DNA of 64,000 nt from Syntrophorhabdaceae bacterium. GTDB lineage: Bacteria; Desulfobacterota; Syntrophorhabdia; Syntrophorhabdales; Syntrophorhabdaceae. The stretch covers positions 1,824,001-1,888,000 of the forward strand of contig OY762209.1 in the NCBI GenBank assembly GCA_963665295.1, read 5' to 3'. The notes under the pieces were generated by a model. That model worked only from the letters and a program-made list of their open reading frames with translations, searched no databases and was not told where the DNA came from. Positions 57,393 to 64,000 of the stretch are shown piece after piece. The number at the start of each line of letters is the position of its first letter. The stretch's first letter is position 1. The position numbers and the translations under genes were made by a program.

Positions 57393-60300
57393 GGTAACAC
57401 CTCGTCGGTTTTGATTTCTGTTGGATCGGGCTCGGCTCCTTTTCTGTGGAGAAGGCTGAATACGACCGGGACGAAGAAGAGGGTTGCAATAGTGGCAAGG
57501 ATCAGGCCGCCAATGACCGCCCGGCCAAGGGGTGCATTCTGCTCGCCCCCTTCGCCCAGTGCAAGGGCCATGGGGAACATGCCGATCATCATGGCAAGGG
57601 CCGTCATGAGCACCGGTCGCAGGCGGCCTACACCCGCCTCCCATGCGGCCCTCATGGGGTCGAGGCCGCGGCGGAGATTATTTCTTGCGAAAGTCACCAC
57701 CAGGACCGAGTTGGCCGTAGCCACTCCCAGGCTCATAATTGCCCCCATCATGGCGGGAACGCTGAGCGTGGTGAAGGTAAGGTAGAGCCCCCACACTACG
57801 CCCGCAAAGGCACCGAGAAGGGCGGTAATGATGATGAATGGATCAAGCCAGGACTGGAAGTTGATGACCAAGAGGAGGTAGACGAAGGCGATTGCTAGAA
57901 GGAGCCCTATGGAGAGTCCGGTGAAGCTCGAATGCATGGTGTCTGCCTGCCCCCGGAACATGATGAAGCTCCCCTTGGGAAGCTCCTTCTTTGCCTGTTC
58001 CACCAGGGGCATGATATCCCGGAGCACGCCCCCCAGGTCACGCCCGCTCACTCCGCCGAATACGTCGATCACGGGCATGACATTGTACTGCGAGTAAATG
58101 GGTGAGCCGCTCGCGCGCTTCAGAGAGGCGAGGTTGGCGAGGACCTGCGCGTCGTTTTTGCCCTGCCGGTTCGCGCTTACCGGGATGCCGTTCAAGGCGG
58201 CGAGCGAGTCGATGGGGTGCTCCGGCACCCTCACGTTCACCAGGTACTGTATGCCGTTTTTGGGGTTGAGCCAGTAGTTCGGCTGCACCTGGCTGTTGCC
58301 GCTCAAGCTCAGGAGCACCGAGCCGGTAACATCCCGCTCGGAGAGCCCGATCTGTGATGCCTTGGTACGGTCGACGTCGAAATGGAGCTCGGGCTGATCC
58401 GTTGGTTGCTGGATGCGCACATCCACGGCCCCGGGAACCCGGCGGACCTTTTCAACGAGTCGTGCCGCAACGGCGTGGCTTTTCACGCGGTCCTTGCCGA
58501 CGATCTGGATGTCGAAGGGCGCGGGCAAACCGAAATTGATGGTCTGGTTCACGATATCGGCGGGCAGAAAATAAAAGGTTGTCCCCGGAAAGTCACGGTT
58601 AAGCCGGGCCCTCAGGCGCCTCACGTAGCCTTCCGTGGACCGGTGACCGGATTTGAGGGATACGAGTATATCCCCGTCGGCCGTCCCCGTGAGGCCGTTG
58701 TCGATGTAGGTGAGGGGGATCCCTCCGAAGGGGATGCCGAGATTATCGAGGATGCCGGCGATCTCTTTGGCGGGGATTTCTTCCCGTATGACACCCTCGA
58801 TCCTGTCAGCAAGCCGGGTTGTTTCTTCGATTCGCGTCCCTGTTGGGGCCCGGACATGGAGCCTGAACTGGCCAGCGTCTACCGAGGGGAAGAAATCCTG
58901 GCCGAGTTGAGGGATGAGAAGCCAGGAGCCGACGCAAAACGCGGTAAAAAGGATCGCGAAGGCCGTTCGATGGGCAAGGACATTGCCCAGCATCCGGCGA
59001 TAGTCTTCCCGGAAACGGGTGAATCCGCGCTCGAAACTTCCCTGCAGGGACACAAACGGGCGCAGCAATGGAGAAACCGATCCCGGGTCCGTTCCATGAC
59101 CCCGGTATTCGATATGGCGGTAGAACCACATGACAAGTGTCGGAATGAGGGTCCGGGAGAGCACGTAACTTGCGAGCATCGCGAATACGACTGCTTCGGC
59201 AAGAGGCACGAAAAGATACCGGGCAACGCCGGTTAAAAAGAACATCGGCACGAAGACGATGCAGATGCAGAGGGTGGAGACAAATGCAGGCAGGGCTATC
59301 TCCTGTGCCCCGTCCAAGATCGCCTGGACGTTCGGTTTGCCGAGCGCCATCTGGCGATGGACATTTTCAATTTCCACCGTCGCGTCATCCACCAGAATGC
59401 CAACGGCCAGGGCTAGTCCTCCCAGGGTCATGAGGTTGATGGTCTCGCCGAGGGCGGAGAGAAGGCCCAAGGAGCACAGAACGGAAAGAGGAATTGAGAG
59501 AGCGATGATAAAAGTGCCCCGCCATGTACCAAGAAAGAGGAGGATCATTATGGCCGTGAGCGTGGCGGCGATAATACCCTCTTTCATGACGCCGTTTATC
59601 GCCGCCCTCACGAAAAGGGACTGGTCGGCGAATTCCTTAACCCCGAGTTCCGAGGGAAGACCGCTTAGAATCCGGGGCATGGTCTTCTTCACGCTGTCCA
59701 CCACTGCGAGCGTAGAGGCGGCACCCGTTTTCATGATGGTAAGGAGAACTCCGCGGACCCCGTCGAGGCGTACCACATTTTGCTGGGGTTGGTATCCGTC
59801 ATGGACGTGAGCCACGTCGCCGACCCGGATTACCGCGCCGTTCACCGTCTTCACGGGAAGGTCGTTGAGCGCCGAAATCACCTCCGGGTTGCTGTTCATG
59901 AAGACGTTGTATTCCGTGGCGGCAATTTTTGCGGTGCCGCTGGGGAGAACGAAGTTCTGGGCGTTGACTGCGTTCACGACATCCTGGGGGGCTAGGTTCT
60001 TCGCCTGGAGGGCCGGAAGGTCGAGGTCCACGGCGACGACCCTTGCCTTGCCCCCGTACGGATAGGGCACCGAAGCGCCGCGCACGGTCGAAAGGCCCAC
60101 CTTGATCTGGTTCATCGCCATGTCCTGCAATTCCTGCTCGGAGAACCTTGTGCTCGCCAGGCTGTATTGCAGGATAGGCACTGTCGAGGCATTGTAGCGG
60201 ATCACGAAGGGCGGCGTGACCCCCGGCGGAAGGAACCTTTGGGCCGCCTGGCCGCTGGCGGCAAGCTGCCCCACCGCATCGGAAACCGAGGCACCCGGCT

Positions 60301-60589
60301 GGAGAAACACCTTGATGACACCAGCGCCGTTATAGGCCGTTGCTTCGATGTGCTCAATATCGTTCACCAGAGCTGCAATCATTCGCTCATGGTTCGAGAT
60401 GATCCGCTGATCCACCTCTTTCGCGTTGAGGCCGTTGTAGACCCAGACCACGCTCACGACCGGGATATTAATCTCAGGAAATATATCCGTCGGAGTGCGA
60501 AGCAGCACGAACGGCGTCAGTAATAAAAGCACCAACGAAGCCACCACGAACGTGTATGGTCGACGTAGTGCGAGTTTAACAATCCACAT
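57389..60589 (-). CDS. RND efflux permease (NolG/CzcA-like subgroup)
   Basis: MWIVKLALRRPYTF, DIFP.INIPVV, GILVDDATVEIEN, RLRPVLMTALAM.IGM.P.AL..GEGGEQNAPLGRAVIGG. Confidence 0.95.
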   Translation of the reverse strand: MWIVKLALRRPYTFVVASLVLLLLTPFVLLRTPTDIFPEINIPVVSVVWVYNGLNAKEVDQRIISNHERMIAALVNDIEHIEATAYNGAGVIKVFLQPGASVSDAVGQLAASGQAAQRFLPPGVTPPFVIRYNASTVPILQYSLASTRFSEQELQDMAMNQIKVGLSTVRGASVPYPYGGKARVVAVDLDLPALQAKNLAPQDVVNAVNAQNFVLPSGTAKIAATEYNVFMNSNPEVISALNDLPVKTVNGAVIRVGDVAHVHDGYQPQQNVVRLDGVRGVLLTIMKTGAASTLAVVDSVKKTMPRILSGLPSELGVKEFADQSLFVRAAINGVMKEGIIAATLTAIMILLFLGTWRGTFIIALSIPLSVLCSLGLLSALGETINLMTLGGLALAVGILVDDATVEIENVHRQMALGKPNVQAILDGAQEIALPAFVSTLCICIVFVPMFFLTGVARYLFVPLAEAVVFAMLASYVLSRTLIPTLVMWFYRHIEYRGHGTDPGSVSPLLRPFVSLQGSFERGFTRFREDYRRMLGNVLAHRTAFAILFTAFCVGSWLLIPQLGQDFFPSVDAGQFRLHVRAPTGTRIEETTRLADRIEGVIREEIPAKEIAGILDNLGIPFGGIPLTYIDNGLTGTADGDILVSLKSGHRSTEGYVRRLRARLNRDFPGTTFYFLPADIVNQTINFGLPAPFDIQIVGKDRVKSHAVAARLVEKVRRVPGAVDVRIQQPTDQPELHFDVDRTKASQIGLSERDVTGSVLLSLSGNSQVQPNYWLNPKNGIQYLVNVRVPEHPIDSLAALNGIPVSANRQGKNDAQVLANLASLKRASGSPIYSQYNVMPVIDVFGGVSGRDLGGVLRDIMPLVEQAKKELPKGSFIMFRGQADTMHSSFTGLSIGLLLAIAFVYLLLVINFQSWLDPFIIITALLGAFAGVVWGLYLTFTTLSVPAMMGAIMSLGVATANSVLVVTFARNNLRRGLDPMRAAWEAGVGRLRPVLMTALAMMIGMFPMALALGEGGEQNAPLGRAVIGGLILATIATLFFVPVVFSLLHRKGAEPDPTEIKTDEVLP

Positions 60590-60735
60590 GGTCTATCTCC
60601 TCCTGCTGTACTGCTCTTGGGGGGCGGCGCCGAAGTCTTGTTGAAACGACCCCTCTCGCCCACAAACGTAAATGGATCCAGGGAACCTGCACCTGAACCT
60701 GTGATTTAAGAGTTTAAACTACGGGTATTGCGGTA

Positions 60736-61032
60736 TTAGCAACGAAGGGGTGGGGCTTCTGTCTGGGTGTTGGGGGTAGGGGCTTCAAAATCAAAAGTAG
60801 ACGCTGTCAGAACAACGGCCGGATCGGGACTCATCGGGCCCGAGGGCGGAAGGCCGACCATCTCGGCGAGGTCGGAAGAAGACGTCACCGAGTCGCGAAG
60901 ACACGGTTTCATCTTATGCGAGAACGGGCAGCCCTGAGAGAGCTTGTGCGCGCAGGTAAGCGGTACCATGCCCGCAATGAGCATGATAATAGCACATGCC
61001 ACAATAGTCGAGGTCAAACTATGACGCCGCAT
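60736..61032 (-). CDS. Small exported Cys/His-containing peptide upstream of the RND operon
   Basis: GGAGG RBS; hydrophobic N-terminus, CAH..CPF.H...PC, C-terminal PPLRC. Confidence 0.55.
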   Translation of the reverse strand: MRRHSLTSTIVACAIIMLIAGMVPLTCAHKLSQGCPFSHKMKPCLRDSVTSSSDLAEMVGLPPSGPMSPDPAVVLTASTFDFEAPTPNTQTEAPPLRC

Positions 61033-61527
61033 TATCTATCCTCCGCAATCCTTCACTTCACTAGTATAGCATAAACGAATAATGTGAAGGAACAGCGAAG
61101 AGAATGTGAATAATTATGAAGAAGAACCTGCCGCGCCTGCTTCCTACGCGCGCATAATCGGTAATTCGCACAACAGACTGATAGAAATATCCTTTCTTTC
61201 TATCAGTCTGTAACAACCTCTTCACCCTAAGGTCTACCACCGTTTCAGCCATTTGCATTGTTAAAAGAGCCCGTGAAACACGCTGCGAGGTGGGCCCAAA
61301 CGTTGAGATGGGTTTTTTGTGAATTGCGATTTCATTATCAATTTCTAATCGCTATTAACACTTTCTATGCGTAATTCGCAGCGGAGGGCTTACCCTGGGT
61401 TATTTACTTGCAGGTGACGGCATCAGATCCATCTAATTTCGGCCCATCGGGTGATCAATAAAGTGGCGGTGATAGCCCTTTATGGTGATTGTCACACCAC
61501 TTACCTAATGATGTCAGTGGTTTAAGA

Positions 61528-61548
61528 GCGGAGAGGGTGGGATTCGAA
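61528..61548 (-). other. 3' fragment of a tRNA (probably Ser); att-site core
   Basis: Minus strand TTCGAATCCCACCCTCTCCGC corresponds to a T-loop plus acceptor stem 3' strand; no 5' half of a tRNA is adjacent. Confidence 0.75.
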
Positions 61549-61739
61549 AATACGGCCATTCAGTAATGACACGGCCTTCTAAGCTTTACCTAAATATCAC
61601 CTAAACATCAAATCGCGTGCTGTTGACTCCACCTACAAGTCAATAACCGAGGCCGAGGGTTTGGCCGAGGACTACGCATAGAAAGCATTGCATTTTGGCG
61701 TCAAGAGAGGACCAAGGCGAACTTCACGACAAACAACCC

Positions 61740-62549
61740 TCACCCCCCAATCCGCTTCAAGAGGAGAATAATACCAGGTGAAGTGAAAACCAGTTTGTGT
61801 GAGTTCAGTTTCAAGGTAGGACGACGAGAATGACAAACATCGTCATCGGAAAACTGATCCCCATTAGAAACATACAGGCAGCCCAACCTCTGACAAACTG
61901 TCTTGAGGGAGCCTTTTCCGTTCGCGCAAAATCGCGCCACATTGAATAGTCCTCCGGATGCAACCAAAAGTACCCGCCCGGGATCATTAGTAGCAGGCCC
62001 ATGAGGATTACACCGATCATGATCCATGAAACAGACGCTATCGCCTTCGCTGCTTGAGGCCCTTCGAAGAGGGCGGAGATAGTAACCGCTAAGGACCGCC
62101 GACGGTCTACAATAGACGTGTCTTATGTTCTCCCAGTTGACGCGGCGTTTCACGAGACCTAGACGCTGCACGATCTCGGCGCCGTCATTCTCAATGAATC
62201 CTCTCTCGTTCACTTCATAGCTTCCATGATTGGTGTCTATGAAGTAGAACGGTCTACCACTACGTATCGAAATTCTTTCCTGCAATCCCGTTACATTCTT
62301 TAGCTCTACGCGCGTTTTGAAGAGATGCTTGATTTCTAGATGTTCCGACGTGAGCGAAATGCGCTCGGGAGTCAACAGACTAGCACATATCCCGATCAGC
62401 CAAAGTAGCAAGGCGAGACCGACATACAGAAAAGCAACCTGAATTTTATTCAAGGCACCTCCGATGTGGCTTTGCTGGTGATCTCCATGTAAGCTATCAT
62501 TGTTCTTTTGGCTGGCTATCTGATCTCTTGGACGTAGGGGCGACTGCAT
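61740..62549 (-). CDS. Hypothetical membrane protein (3' part possibly frameshifted)
   Basis: N-terminal TM plus a PH-like region; an overlapping frame (61811 to about 62120) encodes additional TM helices. Confidence 0.45.
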   Translation of the reverse strand: MQSPLRPRDQIASQKNNDSLHGDHQQSHIGGALNKIQVAFLYVGLALLLWLIGICASLLTPERISLTSEHLEIKHLFKTRVELKNVTGLQERISIRSGRPFYFIDTNHGSYEVNERGFIENDGAEIVQRLGLVKRRVNWENIRHVYCRPSAVLSGYYLRPLRRASSSEGDSVCFMDHDRCNPHGPATNDPGRVLLVASGGLFNVARFCANGKGSLKTVCQRLGCLYVSNGDQFSDDDVCHSRRPTLKLNSHKLVFTSPGIILLLKRIGG

Positions 62550-63174
62550 CCCCCGATGAGTCTGGCTTAGCGCAGTTCTTCATATAGGGCGTCAGTCCGG
62601 CCCTGGGCTTTGCGTCCGGGTATTTCTTAGCCAGTTCCTCGGCACGAATGCTGAAGGATTTCCCCTCCTCCGCACGACCTATCTCTTGAAGGGCTCTAGC
62701 ATACAAAGTGAAGTATGCCACGAACTGGCCGGGATCGGTCCCAATGAATTCTTCTTTATCTACGATCGGGATGGCCTGGCCGAAATAAGATACGGCTTCG
62801 GCGTACTCTTCCCGATCGTACTTGAGCAAGGCAAGTTCGAAAAGCGCCATGTGGGTCGGACCGGATGTTTCTTTGTCATATTTCAAAGCCTCGGTCAGCA
62901 TAAGTTCCGCGTTCTTGTGATCGCAAAGAATGCCAAGCATCCTTCCGTACGAGTATGCGGCGGCCGCGTGACGTTGGGGTTCCAAGTTTCCCATTCTTAC
63001 GTTTACCAGCGCCCGGTAATAGTTCATTTTGGCGAGTTCGTATTGACCTTCTTGTTCAGCCACGAACCCGGCCTGATAATATCTTTGGTACGTCACTCTG
63101 TTTATGGGATTCGCGCAGCTATTAAGAACAAGAAAAAAGACCCCGATCAAACAAAGTTTGTATGCTGTCGTCAT
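62497..63174 (-). CDS. TPR-repeat lipoprotein
   Basis: GAGG RBS, lipobox LNSC, TPR-like helices (A..YY.RAL, LFELALL.Y....Y.EA..YF.QA). Confidence 0.7.
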   Translation of the reverse strand: MTTAYKLCLIGVFFLVLNSCANPINRVTYQRYYQAGFVAEQEGQYELAKMNYYRALVNVRMGNLEPQRHAAAAYSYGRMLGILCDHKNAELMLTEALKYDKETSGPTHMALFELALLKYDREEYAEAVSYFGQAIPIVDKEEFIGTDPGQFVAYFTLYARALQEIGRAEEGKSFSIRAEELAKKYPDAKPRAGLTPYMKNCAKPDSSGDAVAPTSKRSDSQPKEQ

Positions 63175-63378
63175 GTAGGTTTCCTCTTTGTGGGAGGCAG
63201 AGTAACACACCCATATCATTACCACTTACAACGATTTATGTCCACAAAAGATTAGAAAGAACAGCCTTTAGGAATTAAGGCGAAACTCGTTTGTCGTGAA
63301 AGGTGCCCATTACGTGCAGAAAGCATTCAACGGGTGATGTAAGGTGAGGTGTTGACTTCAGGAAGAAGCAGGTATCAC

Positions 63379-64000
63379 TTATTTTTTCTCAAAAGGAAAG
63401 ATAATCTTCCAATCATTCTTCATACTTATAACGACCCATCCTTCCTTTTTTGCCTTAGACATGAGAGCGTCGCTGAAGGTACCAATTCTTGATTGTGCGC
63501 CGTAGGCCCATTCGCGCTCGGCGTCATCATGATGCAGTAACACCATGAGCCTCCTTCCCCCGTTACATTGTGTCCACTCCAGCATTTGTTGATCCCCGTC
63601 GGAGTTTCCAAAAGCCGCAACGGGTTGTCTGCCGAGGTGCGAGTGGATCGTGACCGGTTTAGCGGATTTGTCGTCGATGAAAAGCATTTCCGGCAGGCGG
63701 ATCAGCACAGACTTGCCGTCCCTGATCTCATACTGCGTCTTGACGCTGCTTCCTATCACCTGCTCCGGCGGAATGCCGTACACCCTCTCTGTCCATGGCC
63801 TCATGAACTCGATGCCGCCCGCGGAAACAATGTATGTTTTGAATTCGTTCGCACGAAGATACGCGAGGAGTTCCAGCATCGGTTCGTATGTCATCTCGGT
63901 ATAGAGACGACCCGTTTTCGGGTGCTTTGCGGTAGAGATCCAATCTTCGACGATCTGCTCAAATTCGGTTGTCGTCATACCGGCGTGGGTGCTCATAATG
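63379..64000 (-). CDS. HAD family hydrolase / nonspecific acid phosphatase (partial, 5' end outside window)
   Basis: PMLELLAYLRANEFKTYIVS.GG.EFMRP, YGIPPEQVIGS, AFGNSDGD..ML, HHDDAERE.AY, MK.DW..IF. Confidence 0.88.
   Translation of the reverse strand, partial: IMSTHAGMTTTEFEQIVEDWISTAKHPKTGRLYTEMTYEPMLELLAYLRANEFKTYIVSAGGIEFMRPWTERVYGIPPEQVIGSSVKTQYEIRDGKSVLIRLPEMLFIDDKSAKPVTIHSHLGRQPVAAFGNSDGDQQMLEWTQCNGGRRLMVLLHHDDAEREWAYGAQSRIGTFSDALMSKAKKEGWVVISMKNDWKIIFPFEKK

Noticed and set aside
61528..61548. Intact tRNA gene
   Set aside because: Only the T-loop and 3' acceptor strand are present; there is no D or anticodon arm.

Overview
GC-rich bacterial chromosomal or MAG window. Gene content and repeat style suggest an anaerobic Desulfobacterota (Syntrophorhabdus-like) host, which is inference only. 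The left two-thirds is mostly backbone: a partial secreted SpvB/FG-GAP/YD-repeat (RHS-type) protein running off the left edge, an S1/P1-like nuclease plus a PLD-fold protein, a TetR-AcrAB-OprM efflux operon, suhB-V4R-histidine kinase, an MBL hydrolase, ogt, larE, marC, a sigma54-preceded TPR/GT41 glycosyltransferase, an OmpR/HK pair, tandem ArnT genes, a frameshifted rhodanese, an HD protein, GH13 and GH63 genes and an alpha/beta hydrolase. An AT-richer insert at about 14.7-17.85 kb encodes a membrane protein and a glycogen-synthase-like enzyme next to a dif-like site. From about 39 kb onward the window is a mosaic accessory region: a thaumatin-domain surface protein and an S8 protease sharing the same C-terminal module, repeat-flanked single-gene cassettes, a decayed tyrosine integrase, an MNT-HepT toxin-antitoxin pair, HEPN-like, PIN and NERD/SEC-C candidate defence genes, a truncated IS21, a second RND pump and a tRNA-Ser 3' att fragment. 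The most notable unexplained signal is a non-palindromic motif, TTCTRYRCRTAAT (five exact CTGCACGTAAT copies, about 10 variants in total). I saw it only in intergenic DNA at junctions between accessory modules, and it resembles a tyrosine-recombinase (XerC-like) half-site. All family calls are from motif recognition by eye; no database searches were run.
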